NCBI RefSeq assembly: GCF_009914755.1
Contig: NC_060946.1
Length of the DNA stretch: 64,000 bases
Strand: one strand, 5' to 3'
Source: the human T2T-CHM13v2.0 reference genome, Homo sapiens
The position numbers were made by a program, and so were the translations under genes. Numbering within the stretch: position 1 is the first letter of the stretch; every line of letters starts with the position of its first letter. The notes beneath the pieces were generated by a model. That model had not been told where the DNA came from. It ran no database searches and saw nothing but the letters and a program-made list of their open reading frames with translations. Below are positions 27,237 to 41,577 of this stretch, one piece after another.

Positions 27237-29049
27237 TTATGTTAATTTCAAACATGGGAGAAATCTGTAAATTCACTTCCGAAGGCTTTTCCTGTTGATG
27301 GGGACCAGTTCAGCCAAGTTGAAAAATTAAAAAATTTTACAAGTCTGCACCCCCGGGGACCCCGTCTCCTTGAATGGCACAGTCTCTAATAGACAGACAT
27401 GGTGATTGTGAAAGCAGCCGAGCCAGCGGAGGGGCCTGCCTGGGGATGGCAGCTGGAATCCTGAGCCAACCTGGACAGCGGCCTGTGGGGGAGTCAGTGC
27501 CAAGCACAGCCACACCCACAGCCCTGGTCTGTTTGCCATGACCTGAAGAGAGCTTTTGGGTTGACGGTGAACTGGAAACCATCTCCTGGCCAAAGAAGCC
27601 TGTTAACCCCTAGCCCTGTCATGTTTTCCCTGACATTCCCAAGTCCTCCTCTTCAGCTCTGGGCCAAAATTTGACTGAATCTTTCTGATGATGAGGGGAG
27701 ATGCCACTCACCCTGGGAACACTGTCAGCTGCCTACTTGCTGCTTTCTAGAGCATTGGAGACAGCAAGAGGGACCAGATCTACCTGTGAAATCACCTGTG
27801 TGTGTGCGCGCATGTGCATGTATGTACTTGTGTGTTTTTTCAATTAAGGCCTGTTGCACATCAGCAATGGTCATGGTCAGGTGGCTGGCCTGGCCGCTGG
27901 AGCAGCCAGGTGAGGCGGGTGAGAAGGCTGCTTCTCTAGGTGCAGGGCACGTTCAGAGGCTAACTTGAGGGCAGCGAGCCAGCAGGCATTACCAGCTATT
28001 GGTTCTGAATAGAGATTCTGAAACACACAACAATCACACCGTACACAGACGAGAGGGAAAGCATAAAACTGCTCATTAATTACACACAGTTCCCAGTGGG
28101 AAACAGTCCTTACAAACGCGGTAGTTCTGCAAACAGCCTCGAATGCAGATTCCTCTGTGGACATCTTGTCCTCTTCTCTCTCTCGTTTTTCTTTTTGTAT
28201 TATTATTATTACAAATTACATGGTGATGGACAGAAGCTCACAGTAAAAAGTAAAAGTAGGCAGCTTAAAAAATCAGGTTGAGTTGCTAAAAAACAGTAAC
28301 TCTAGCTATGCTTGAACTCGTCACTACCCTGCATCCATCTTGTTCTCAGGGACAGTCTACTCCTTGAGGGACCTTCCAGCCACAACCACAGCAGGATGGG
28401 GACAGTGTTTATCACAATGACCTGGGGACCCATGGCATTTTGAGGAGCCCTTGACACCATTGGGGGATTGAATACACACACACCTGCTTTCCACACTGAG
28501 TGTTCACACCCACATGCACACTGTTCTCACCTGTCGGCTCCTCTGTGAGACAGCAAGTACCGTGACTAACTGGTACCCTACCTCACACACTTGACAGGTG
28601 AGAAGCAGAGGCTCTGAGAGGTTAAGTGGCTCGTGGGGGTGACCTGCAGGAAGGAGGATGCCGTGGCTGTCTGCACCAGGTGTGCTGGGTCTTGGTGATC
28701 TCTGCTGAGGCCTCCTGCTTGCCACAGAATGTTCCAGTCCTCAGCCCAGCTGCCCAAGAGGGACTTGGCAGAGCAGCAGGACCACAAACCCCATGGGTTT
28801 TTCAGTTATTCCTGAAAAGACCTCTTGCGGGGAGGGGGGCAGGCAGGAGGAATGTCCTCCTAGAAGGTTGTACATCTCAAGGGATGCTTAGGTGAACCCC
28901 AGTTCTAGCTGTCTATTTGGCAGTGACCTTTGACCCCAGGTGTCCAGGAGAGGGAGGCAAGGCCACCAGTTCCTTTTTGGCAGAGGAAGCACCTACAGAG
29001 CATTGTCCAGGACAGCAGGACACGAGGGTTGCAAACTCCTTAAATACCC

Positions 29050-29160
29050 ATCTGACTCCTTCCTCTTACCGATGGGGAAACTGAGGTAACAGACCTTGCC
29101 TGAGGTCACGCTGTTCTCAGTGGCAGAGCTGATGTCAGAATCTGGGTCTTGGGCCCCCAC
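29050..29160 (-). mobile_element. MIR fragment
   Basis: GATGGGGAAACTGAGG...CTTGCCTGAGGTCAC. Confidence 0.7.
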
Positions 29161-29399
29161 CTCAAGGCTTCCTCTGCCTTCTGAGGCACTGCACGTGGGA
29201 CACAGCTGTGGCTTCCGCAGCTGGGCTAGTGGACAGGCTGTGCACCCCCTTACGGCAACATGGCCCTGGGACGGCTCACATCAGGGGAGAGGAAGCCATT
29301 CCTTTCTCCAATCGAGACCCCAAGCAGAGGTTCTCCCACTTTGCCAAGCCATATGCCTGGACACTGGCAGCACTGCCTGGAGGAGACAGCTGGACCCAA

Positions 29400-29570
29400 A
29401 GACTGAAGCCAGGGGCCTGGGTCTTCCACAGCTGACCTGTGTGATCCTGGGCAAGCCACTTGACCCAGCTGAGTCTGTCTTCTTGTCCATAAAATGGGGA
29501 GAGCCCCTTCTTCATGGGGCTGTTGAGAGGATGGACAGCCAGGCAGAATGGAGGATGCTTTATACCCTAG
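29400..29570 (+). mobile_element. MIR fragment
   Basis: CTGTGTGATCCTGGGCAAGCCACTT...TAAAATGGGGA. Confidence 0.75.
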
Positions 29571-29669
29571 CAAGTTTGTTCTGCTTTTCCAAAGGCAGGA
29601 CATTGTGTTTGCACAGCTTGACTCACAGCAGAGCCCAGAGCTGGGCACTATCACCCTCATCTCCTTCTG

Positions 29670-30070
29670 CCTTCCCTCTGGGTCCCCAGCCACCTGGCTT
29701 TCTTGTGCCACCTGGCTTTCTTGTGCTTCCTTGAAACCACCAAGCCTGTGGCTGCCGCAGGATCTTTGCACTAGCCGTTCCTTCTGCCTGGAATGCTCTT
29801 TTCCTATCTTTAACGCCCATTACTGGCTCCTGTGTGTCATTCAAATCTGGGCTTCAATCATCTGCTCAAGGCGGCCTTCCCAGACCACCCCAGGTCCACA
29901 AGGGTCTCACTCACGTGTCCCTCGAACTGAGTTCCTGGCACTGAGTTCCCGGCAGAGCACTCACTGCCTTCGCCACCTTCCTTCTTCACTGTCTTCCTGC
30001 CCCAGCTAGAAAGCTAGCACAGTGAGCAGGGACCTGCCTTGCTCACTGTCGTGTCTGGTGAATGGATGGG
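29670..30070 (+). mobile_element. L2 3' fragment with an 18-bp tandem duplication at ~29690-29726
   Basis: TTTGCACT...TTCCTTCTGCCTGGAATGCTCTT; CCACCTGGCTTTCTTGTG twice. Confidence 0.7.
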
Positions 30071-31928
30071 TGGTCAGTGTGAGAACACTAGGTCTGATGA
30101 AATGAGGAAACTGCGTCAGAGGACACACACATTGATCAAGCAGGGCCTCCCGAGCTAAGAGCTGGGGGAGATTTGGTATCACTAACACCCATGGAATGAG
30201 TGTGTCTACACTGGCAGCATGGCCTTTGGAGATGTTTGTGATGATTTAGGTGATGCCATCTCATAGGTGTCCCAGGGCAGCGGGGCAGGAGTGGGGGTGA
30301 TTAGCTCGGTGGGTGGATGTTACGGGCATGGAAGTCCTACTTGAAAGTGGATGGATTTCTAGAACGCTCCTGCCTGGGTTTCCATGGCCTTGTTACCCTT
30401 TCCAGCAAAGATCCACGTGTCTGTGTCTCCCACCAGATGGGAGGCTCCCCGGGGGCAGAGATGAGATCTAACTCATCTTTCATTCCCATCACTGCCCAGC
30501 ACGGGGCCTGGCACACAGCAGATGCTTAGCCAGAATGTGCTGAGTGGATCAGCGCTCCAGGCGGTGATGGTGGAGGCATCAAGGAGATGCTCCCAGCATT
30601 GTGCAGGGTGTACCCCGGCTGGCGAGCATGTCACGTCCAGGGAGTTGGAGCCTGGACTTTGGGTTCCGGCACCGCTTCCCCACTGTGAGTTTTTCTGCAG
30701 GGGGTTAATCATACCTGCCTCCCAGGTGGTGAGAGAGGGAGTGCATGAAAACACTTAACTTGGCACCTGCCCTGTGGTCAGCCTGAGATGCAGCCCTTAG
30801 TATTACTATTGTTACAGGAACGAATTCTGTAAGAAACAACCCTGACTGGCATTTTCAAATCCCCAGTGCTCCCCGAGACACAGAGGGGCCGTACCCTGTG
30901 CTTAGCAATAAGCTTGCGGCTCGGACATTGACACGGATGAGAACCCCCAGCCGGAGGGTGACTCATGCCCATCAGAGAACTTGAGGGGGGAAGCCCCAAT
31001 AAAAACCAACCAACCAAGCAAACAAAAAGAACACCCCAAATCACACACACGCACACACACACGCACATTCAATATTCTGACACAAATAGCCCCAAGGGGC
31101 CACTACTGGAGGGAGCAGGGGCAAGGGAAGCTTCGGTTTTCAACCACAGGTATAACTCACAGGCCTCAATCCTCCTGGCTGGAATCAGCCAGAGTTGCTT
31201 TGTCTTGGTCATCCTGAGTCCACAATGAGTCACCTCTCAGAAGCCACCAGCCCAAAATAGGACTATTGCTTGCGGACAGGTGGCTCAGAATCCCCTCCCC
31301 TGCACCCCCAGCCCCTACCCCTGAGTTTGCTCCTAATCTTAGAAGTCCGCGGAAGGGGGCTTTGGGCACAGGCAGCATTTCCTCCTGTGCCACCGCCGCT
31401 ACCTCGGCTGTCCCTGGCATCTCTGTAGAAGTTGTTCTTCTCGGAGGCTGCACCGGGTGCTTCAGATCTCATCTCCCCCATCCTGAGGCACAGCAAAAGC
31501 GTTTTCTGGAGGAAATACAAGGAAAAAAAGTATCACATGGTGTCTCCTCCATGGGGACATTTCTCTCTGGCCTCAGTGCCGGAAGAAGCCAGGTTTTCTC
31601 TGAGCATGTGGGTTTTGTCTTCTGAACATTGCGAACCATGTGACTTTAAGACTGGAAGAAAGAAAAAAAATGTCTGCTATCATTATAGCTCCATATAGTA
31701 CTAGAGCTCTGGCCCATGCAATAAGACAAGAAAAATAAGCATAGAATAGGACTGGAATAGAAGAACCAAAATTACAGTTAATTGTGGATAACTTACATAG
31801 AAAATTTAACAGAATCAACAGGTTAATTAGTAGAATGGAGAGTGCAGACATAGACGTATAATAGTCAACCTATAAGACATCAGATCAATTTATAAAATGC
31901 AACAGTGTGCACTGACCTCAGCAATTAC

Positions 31929-32056
31929 TAGGGTAATTATATGTCATGGCTTGGGACAGTCTCAGTTAACACTTGTTCTGACATAATTTTTAATGTTGTT
32001 CCCCTTTTATCCTCAAAAGTATTCTGATTTGGCTGATAAATTATATGGTCACCATT
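31929..32056. mobile_element. MER94-like hAT-Blackjack MITE within L1 fragments
   Basis: TAGGGTAA...GATAAATTATATGGTCACC termini. Confidence 0.7.
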
Positions 32057-32326
32057 GCCATAACAAACTAAATATTAAACACAGATACAGATACCATTCA
32101 TATTGACAAAAACCATTATGTATTTTGGAATGGCACTAATATATGACCATGTCATACAAAGCTATAAAGAAGAGACCAAGGTGCTCCTGGAATAGGGAAA
32201 AGCCAGGAGACCAGTGGAACAAGATCTACAGTGTGGAAACAGATCTGCGGGGCACTTACTTATAGCTTTGATTGGCAGAGTCAAGTTGCAAACAAGACAA
32301 TGAGGAAAAGAAATACAGACTCCATC

Positions 32327-32690
32327 TGTGGAAAGCAGCATGAACCCCACTGCCCTGTGTCTATTATAAGAGCAATTGCCCAGTCACAAATACTTACCTT
32401 CCCCGACTCCCTTGCAAGCAGGGGTGGTCACATGACCCAGTCTGGCTAACGCTGTGTAAGTGGGAGTCTATTGGGAAGGGGACATGAATCCAGGGGGAAA
32501 TGAACTATCTTGCATGCATGAGAATGAAAGACGCTCACTAACACAGGTGGAGTAGAAAGCAGGCAGAAACTTGGTTCTGGTGGCAGCCCTGAACTACCCC
32601 CTTCATACCATTGCAGTTGAATTTCTTTTACTTGCGTAAATTGCATCTGGTGAGTGTTCTTAAATGATAAACCATCTTCAACTAAATGGA
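32327..32690 (+). mobile_element. LTR33-like ERVL LTR
   Basis: TTCCCCGACTCCCTTGCAAGCAGGGGTGGTCACATGACCCAGTCTGGC. Confidence 0.55.
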
Positions 32691-32859
32691 GAAGTCAAGG
32701 GAGTGGCTCCGACCAAGCCAGCAAAGCCCACCTCCCCAGAGTGAGTGATACGCCAAGAGGCAGAACCTACTCTCCACCCTTTGCATTAGTGGGAATGTGT
32801 ACAGGGGCTAAGGGTGAGAGATTCTGTGGGGCCATCTCCTCTGCTTCATAGAACTAAGC

Positions 32860-33095
32860 CAGGTCCAGGTACTCTCCATCACCCACTTTGTTTTTCTCCA
32901 TAGCACACACCTCCATCCAGCATACCACCTATTGTACTTACTTGAATAGTTTATTGTTTGTCTTCCCCAAATAGAAAGTTAGCTAAAAGAGGGTTAAGGT
33001 GATTGTGTGTTTTACACATCGCTGCATTGCCAGGGCCTAGAACAGTAACTGGCATACTGTAGGGGCTTAATAAATATTTGTCAAATGAATGAATA
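32860..33095 (+). mobile_element. L2 3' end
   Basis: GCCTAGAACAGT...TAATAAATATTTGTCAAATGAATGAAT. Confidence 0.8.
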
Positions 33096-33313
33096 AACCA
33101 AGAATTTAAAGCCCAATGAACCATCTGTCAAGAATAAAGTCAACAGAAAAACATGTTGAACAGATTTTTGAATTAAAGTTCCCATGACCCCTTCTTAAAA
33201 AAATTATTAAGGATACGCTTAGGCAAATCAAGAATGATTCAGAAAGGTTTACTATAAAAGGATGGGCAGATGATTTTTTAAAAGTTCTGTGGATGGATGG
33301 CAGTGATGGCTGC

Positions 33314-33680
33314 TGTATTAGTCCATTTTCACGCTGCTAATAGACATACCCAAGGCTGGGCAACTTACAAAAGAGGTTTAATTGGACTTACAGTTCCACA
33401 TGTCTGGGGAGGCCTCACAATCATGGCAAAAGGCAAGGAGGAGCAAGTCACATCTTATGTGGATGGTGGCAGGCAAAGAGAGCGAGCAAGCTTGTGCAGG
33501 AAAATTCCCATTTGTAAAGCCATCAGATTCGGTGAGATTCATTCACCATGAGAACAGCATGGGAAAGACCTGCCCCCATGATTCAATTACCTCCCACCAG
33601 GTTCCTCCCATGCCACATGGAAATTGTGGGAGTTACAATTCAAGATGAGATTTGGGTGGGGACACAGCCAAACCATATCA
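33314..33680 (-). mobile_element. Complete THE1B solo LTR
   Basis: TGTATTAGTCCATTTTCACGCTGCT...CAGCCAAACCATATCA; TSD GCTGC/GTTGC. Confidence 0.95.
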
Positions 33681-34532
33681 GTTGCCTTACAGTGAGAAGG
33701 TACTTATTGCCCCTGAACCGTATACTTAAAAATGGTTAAAATGGTAAATGTTATGTTATGCGCACTTTACCACAATTCATAAAAAGGATGAGCAGAAGCA
33801 TAACAAATGCAATGAAGAGAAATTATAAATGGAGCCCTGCCAAGAGTGCCAGCAATGAGCGTAGAATTTGTGTAACTGTAGGACTATTGCAGCCAATCTA
33901 AAGATTATGACCATCACAGAGAAGAATGAAACAAAACAGAGAACTGGCATAAATAATAAAAAGTTGGAGGGGTGGAGATGAGAAGCAGGGAGGTGATATA
34001 AGTAAACTATGACATATTCATGTATAGTTGGGGGTCTAAAGAATTGCTTAGAAGTTTAAAATTAGAGGCATCAAGGTAAACAAAAAATATAGTCAACTAA
34101 AATAACTTGATAGCAGGGAGACAAGAGGAGGGGAAGTAGAAATATTCTAATTTTGATACTTTTCACAGTAGGGAGAAAATAAATGTTGTCTAGAGAAATA
34201 AAAGGATTAAAGATATCATGTCATGTTATAATTATGAAGATAACCATGGGATCAAAAACGCAGCTTTCCAAATTATCTAGAAGACATACACACAGAAAAT
34301 AAAACAAAGACAACAGAGACCATATGGTAAAAATTGACAACCCCCACAAAACTATAAAAGCAGAAAGCCTATCAAACAATGATGACAGAACTAAGACCAA
34401 ATGCATCTGCCATATCAGTAAATGTTAATGAGCCATACACACTTGCTTAAAAAAAAAAAAAAAAGACTGATCACAAACAAAGGCACTGAAGGTAGAATGA
34501 TTCAGCAAGGTTTCATAGAAAAGGATGGGCAG

Positions 34533-34842
34533 GGCCGGGCGTGGTGGCTCACACCTGTAATCTCAGCACTCTGGGAGGCTGAGGCAGGTAGATCACGAGG
34601 TCAGGAGTTCAAGACCAGCCTGACCAACATGATGAAATCCCGTCTCTACTAAAAATACAAAAAAATTATCCGGGCGTGGTGGTGGGTGCCTGCAGTCCCA
34701 GCTACTCAAGAGGCTGAGGCAAGAGAATCGCTCAAACCCCGGGAGGCAGAGGTTGCAGTGAGCCGAGATCACGCCACTGCACTCCAGCCTGGGTGACAGA
34801 GTGAGACTCCATCTTAAAAAAAATAAAAAAAATAAAAAAAAA
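34533..34842 (+). mobile_element. AluSg-like SINE
   Basis: Full dimer; GATCACGAGGTCAGG; TSD includes GGGCAG. Confidence 0.97.
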
Positions 34843-35241
34843 GGGCAGATGATTTTTACAAAGTTCTACAGAGGGATGATGGTGATGGTTGCACTATAGT
34901 GAGAAGTACTTAATACCCCTGAACTGTATACTTTAAAAATGGTTAAAATGATAAACGTTATGTGCATTTTACCATAATTTTTAAAAAGGATGAACAGAAG
35001 CATAACAAACAAATGCAAATGAAGATAAATCAGGGGTCATAATCTTAATATCAGAAAAAGCTGAAGTCAGGGCAAAAAATACTGAATGAGAAAAAAGAAG
35101 GGCACTGTGTGAGGGTGAAGGATGAGAGTCACCATGAAGATCTAACAGTAATGAATGTTCATGTACCAAATAGCATAGCCTCAATATTCATAGAGCAAGA
35201 CTGGAAATTTAGGGAGAAAAAGCAGAGTATGCTAGTATTAG

Positions 35242-35560
<319 letters not shown>

Positions 35561-36164
35561 TAGTGCATTTCAATTCACCTTTCTCAATCCATTCCATATG
35601 CAGTTGGCAAAAACTAAAGTAAGGATATACGGAGCCAAATAATCTAACAACTGTGTGTGTGTGTGTGTGTGTGTAAAACACAGTCTACCTTCATTCTATT
35701 CAAATGCTCTTGAAAGTGCATACACCAAAAGTGACTATCAGGCCACAAAGAAAGTAAATTCCAAAAAACAGAAATAAGACAACATTCTCTAATCACAATA
35801 TACTAGAATTTGAAAATACTAATAATGAAACCACAGACCAAACCAAACTTTGCCACCAAGAGGTCTATAAACACTTAGATAACCTTGAGTTAGAGCAAAA
35901 AATAAAAACTGCAGAATATCTAGACAATAACAAAATATATATTTAAGGACCTGTGGGATGCAGCCGAGCCAATGCTAAGAGGAACATACATAGCCTTAAA
36001 ACACTGATCTTATTAATAAATGAGAAAGAATGAATTGCCCAACTCAAAAAGTTAGAAAAGAAAGACAAAATAAACCTAAGAAAGACATACAGTAGCAATA
36101 AGTAAATGAAAACAGAAATGGAGTTAACAGCAAAAGAAAGGAACTCATAAATAACTCCATGTTC

Positions 36165-36480
36165 TTTTTTTAATGTTTAAATTATTATTTTTTTTTAGAG
36201 ACAGGCTCTTGCTCTGTCACTCTAGCTGGAGTGCAATGGTGCAATCATAGTTCACTGCAACCTCAAACTCCTGGGCTAAAGTGATTCCCCTGCCCTAGCC
36301 TCCTGTGTAGCTAAGACTACAGGTGTGCACCACCACACCTAGCTAATTAAAAAAAATTTTTGCAGGGATGGGGTCTTGCTGTGTTGCCCAGGCTGATCTT
36401 GATCTCCTGGCCTCAAGCAATCCTCCTGCCTTGGCCTCCCAAAATGCTGGAATTACAGGCATTAGCCACCATAACTGGCC
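36165..36480 (-). mobile_element. AluJ SINE
   Basis: J-type CTCAAGCAATCCTCC; TSD-like AACT..TGTTCTTT. Confidence 0.93.
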
Positions 36481-36524
36481 CCAACTACTTGTTCTTTGAA
36501 ACACAATGAGACATGTTCACTGCT

Positions 36525-36636
36525 GAGGAATCTAATGAAGCAGGAGATATAATATGTAGAAGGTGGAGGTGACAGCTTGGGAGGAATCTAATGAAGCAGG
36601 AGATATAATATGTAGAAGGTGGAGGTGACAGCTTGG
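36525..36636. repeat. Perfect 56-bp tandem duplication
   Basis: GAGGAATCTAATG...GACAGCTTGG twice with no mismatch. Confidence 0.98.
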
Positions 36637-37649
36637 AATGATTCTCTGCACTTTTGCTCTCCAGTTTCACTTCTCACCATCACTTAGCCCCTTCCCAACA
36701 GGCTTTTCTTCCAACTTCCCTGCAGAATTTGCCCTTGTCAGGGTCACCAAAGACCTCTCTGTTAATAAACCCAGTGGTCAATTCTCAGTCCCCCTTTCAC
36801 TCATCCTCCCAGCAGCACTGACTCAAGTGATCACCTGCTTCCAGGACACTGCAGTCCCCTCTCCTGATCCTCCTCCTCCTCCCACCGCTCCTGCTCCAGC
36901 CCTTTGCTGGTCTGCCCACATCTTCCTGACCTTCTCTTCTCCACAATTTCTACTCACTCATGGATCTCTCCTTCCAAGAATCTAAACACTGTATGTTGAT
37001 ATATATATATTTTTTTTGAGATGGAGTCGGAGTTTCACTCTGTTGCCCAGGCTGGAGATATGTTGATGACTTTTGACCCTCAAACTCTCACCTAAACTCC
37101 ATTCTGATGGCCAACGTGTCTACTCGATGTCACCAAATGGATATTTAATAGATACCTCAAACTTAATATACCCCAAACCAAAATCCCAACCTTCCTCCTC
37201 CACCTAGCTTTTCCCACAATTTTCCTGACCTCAGGAAATACAACTCCATCCTGCCAGTTGCTCTCCTCAGAGGCCTGGAGTCATCTTTGACCCCTCTTCT
37301 TCCTTTCATACCCCATATCCAACTCAGGAGCAAATCCCGTTGGACCTTCCTTCAGAATCTCAATAAGCCTTACACTTCCCTGCTGCCTCCACTGCTCCTA
37401 CTGTGGTCCAGGCTGGCAGGATTCTTGCAGTGGTGTCTGCGCTGGTCAGCGCTGGTCAGCCCCTTCCATCTGCTCTCAACACAGCAGCCAGAGGAGCCCT
37501 GAGAAAACCTAAGTCCAATTACATCACCCCTTTCCTCAAAACTCTCAGTGGCTCCCAGATTCACTCAGAGCAGAAGCTAAAGCCCTTCCCACCCCATCAC
37601 CTCCCTGTCCTATTCCTCACTCTTTTCATTTTCATTCTCTCCACTCCAA

Positions 37650-38308
37650 TGGTAATGGTTTGTTTTGTATCAACCTGACTGGGCCACAGGGTGCCCTGAT
37701 ATTTGGTGAGACATTTTTCTGGGTGTGTCATGAAGGTGTTTCATGATGAGATGAACATGTGACCTAGCAGATGGAGGAAAACTGTGTCCTCCCCTGTGCA
37801 GGTGGCTTCATCCAACCCGCTGGAGGCCTAAACAGAACCAACAAGTAAGGGGGAATTCATGCTATCTCTGCCTGCCTTTAAGTGGGGACATTGTTCTTCT
37901 CCTGCCTTTAGACTCAGGCTGGGACGAATTCACACCATTGGCTCTCCTGGGTCTCAGGCCCTTGACTCATAGTGGAACTCACACCATCGGCTCTCCTGGG
38001 TCTCAGGACTGGAACTCACACCATCAGCTCTCCTGGGTCTCAGGCCCTCGACTCACACCATCAGCTCTCCTGGGTCTCAGGCTCTCGACTCAAAGTGGAA
38101 CTCACACCATTGGCTCTCCTGGGTCTCAGGCCCTCGACTCACACTGGAACTCACACCATTGGCTCCCCTGGGTCTCCAGCTTGCTAACCCAGACCTTTGG
38201 AATTCCTCAACCTGCATAGCTGCAGGAGCCAACTCCCTACAGTGTGTGCCTTCATGTGTGTCTATATGCGACTGGTTCTGTTTCTCTGGAACACATTGAC
38301 TAATACAC
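37650..38308 (+). mobile_element. MLT2C/D ERVL LTR with an expanded internal repeat
   Basis: TCAACCTGACTGGGCCACAGGGTGCCC...TGGTTCTGTTTCTCTGG...GACTAATACA. Confidence 0.88.
37927..38177. repeat. Minisatellite, 6 units of 37-49 bp
   Basis: Core ACTCACACCAT(T/C)(G/A)GCTCTCCTGGGTCTCAGG. Confidence 0.93.
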
Positions 38309-39678
38309 CATCCATACCAGCATGTTCCTGTCTCTTCTCCCAGATAAACCCAAGGCTGAATCCCTGATCTCCTTTAAGTCACCTTTTTAGTGATCCCTTT
38401 GGCCACCTGTTTAAAATTATCCTCTATCTCAAACGCATTATCACCATCTGACAGTCCACATATTTAACATATACATTTTAAAAATTGTCTGCAGTCTCCA
38501 TAAAAGCAGGCTTGTTGCTGCTTTTGGCCCATGACTGTATCCCCAGGGCCAATAACGATGCCTGGCACAGGGTCTACACTCAATTAAGATGAACTGAACA
38601 AACAGAAGAACAAAAGCGACTGCCTGCTCAACTCTACAGAAATCAGGAAGCCTCCAAGAAATGGATCAATTTCCAAGAAAAGAGAAATTACCCAAAGGAT
38701 CTGGGAAGGTAGAATCTAAACAGACCAATTGCCAAGAAGAGAAAGAGAAACTGTCAAATAGCAAATCCAAAGTCTAAAATAAGAGAAATGCAAATTAAAG
38801 CCACAATGAGAGAGGATTTCAGAGCGCAGACAAAAGGGAGCATCTGCATTCCTTCACTTGCCACCCTGACACAGATCAAAAAGGCTGAGCGCCCGACGCG
38901 TGTGCTGGTTTGGGTTTCTGCTTCACTGCTAGTTGGGGAGATGCTGGGGTCATTTCTGTGGAAGGCAATTTGACACATGCCTATGGTACAGATGCCCACA
39001 TCCTCTGACCCAGTGGTCTCACGTAACGATTATCCTACAGACATGCTCACAAGGGCAACATAGGTACAAGCACATTAATCACAGAAAGGTGGTTAACAGC
39101 AGAAGATTCGGATCACTGAAGTGTCTATCAGCAGGATGCCAGGTCAAAAACAACAGCTCCCACACAATGGAGAGTCACACAGAGACCAATCAGGCTCAGA
39201 CAGCTGTCCTCAGCCACCTCCCATACCGTGCTTTCCTTCCCTGGGCATTGGTCATTGAGATTCGAAATTCATGATTTGTGGCATTAATGCCACTTACACA
39301 TTGAGCCCTCTTGCCCTGAACTTTAGTCTTGAATTTCCACCTTCCTCCCCTGGGCAATTTCTGTACTTTCCACTCAATTTTTCTGTAAACCTAAAACTGC
39401 TTTAAAAAAATAAAATCTATTCATTACCTAGATAACAAAATTTGTAAGACAGTGAGATGTCACTTTAAAGCCATCAAATCAGCCAAACTTAGATCAGATG
39501 ATTTGAAAGGTAAGTGAACACCTGTGAAAGGGACTCGCCACCGTGCTCAGCAGACGATCCAGCAACCTCTCTCTGCATGCACTTCCCGAAGAAGCTCTGG
39601 AGCTGGTCTTCAGGGGCAACCCATCACCTTCCTAGGGAACTGCATTAGCGTGAGCTGCTTCTTTTTAAAAAACTTTTA

Positions 39679-40140
<462 letters not shown>

Positions 40141-40512
40141 TTTTAAGTTCAGGGGTAAATATGCAGGACGTGCAGGTTTGTGACACAGCTAAACGTGTGT
40201 CATGGGGGTTTGTTGTACAGGTTATTTCATCACCTAGACATGAAGCCTAGTACCCATTAGTTATTTTTCCTGGTCCTCTCCCTTCTCCCACCTTCCGGCC
40301 TCCAGTGGGCCCTAGTGTGTATCGTTCCCCTCTATGTATCCATGTGTTCTCATCATTTAGCCCCCACTTATAAGTGAGAGCATGTGGTATTGGGTTTTCT
40401 GTTCCTGTGTTAGTTTGCTAAGGATAATGGCCTCCAGCTCCATCCATGTCCCTGCAAAGAACATGATCTTGTTCTTTTTTATGGCTGCGTTGTAGTCCAT
40501 GGTGTATACATA
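40141..40512 (-). mobile_element. L1PA (about PA13) 3' end
   Basis: TTTTAAGTTCAGGGGTA...AGCCTAGTACCCATTAGTTATTTTTCCTG. Confidence 0.88.
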
Positions 40513-40845
40513 GGCTTCCATACAGTTCTCAGAAGTGAGGGTGCAAGAGCCCCTATGGCAAATGCAGAGGTCTTGCACATATAATGTTGGGTCAAAGGTA
40601 AGAAATACTATACATGAAAAGTGAAAACACTTCCATGTTCCCAGCATTGTGCATAATTTGAGCATCACACTCAATTAAGATGTAAGAGTGGGGTGGATGG
40701 AGTAGGCGTGGAGGGTTGGGGGGTCAGGGGGCAGGTACAGTAAGGGGCCCATCACAGCCACTGATGTGGGAGCTATGGACCAGAAGGTGTGACCAGCTCA
40801 ACATTCTGGACCCAAGGGTTGGAAACCAGAATGAAGCCTGGCTGA

Positions 40846-41457
<612 letters not shown>

Positions 41458-41577
41458 TCACATGCCAAGGGGAGCTGAGAAGGAAAAGGACTTTGGGTTG
41501 CATTAATAGAAGTATATGCGCCAGAATAGAGGAGATGACCCAAGGTTCTGCTGATCTTTGTGGTGGCTGGACCACAA

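Larger units (their letters stand above)
36670..38600 (+). mobile_element. L2 LINE interrupted by a tiny Alu 3' end (~37001-37057, TSD TATGTTGAT) and by MLT2
   Basis: GGTCACCAA..GACCTC, CAGTGGTCAATTCTCAGTCC, CAACACAGCAGCCAGAG and GCCTGGCACAG motifs. Confidence 0.85.

Noticed and set aside
29096-29734. 212-aa ORF
   Set aside because: Non-ATG start and stitched through two MIRs and an L2
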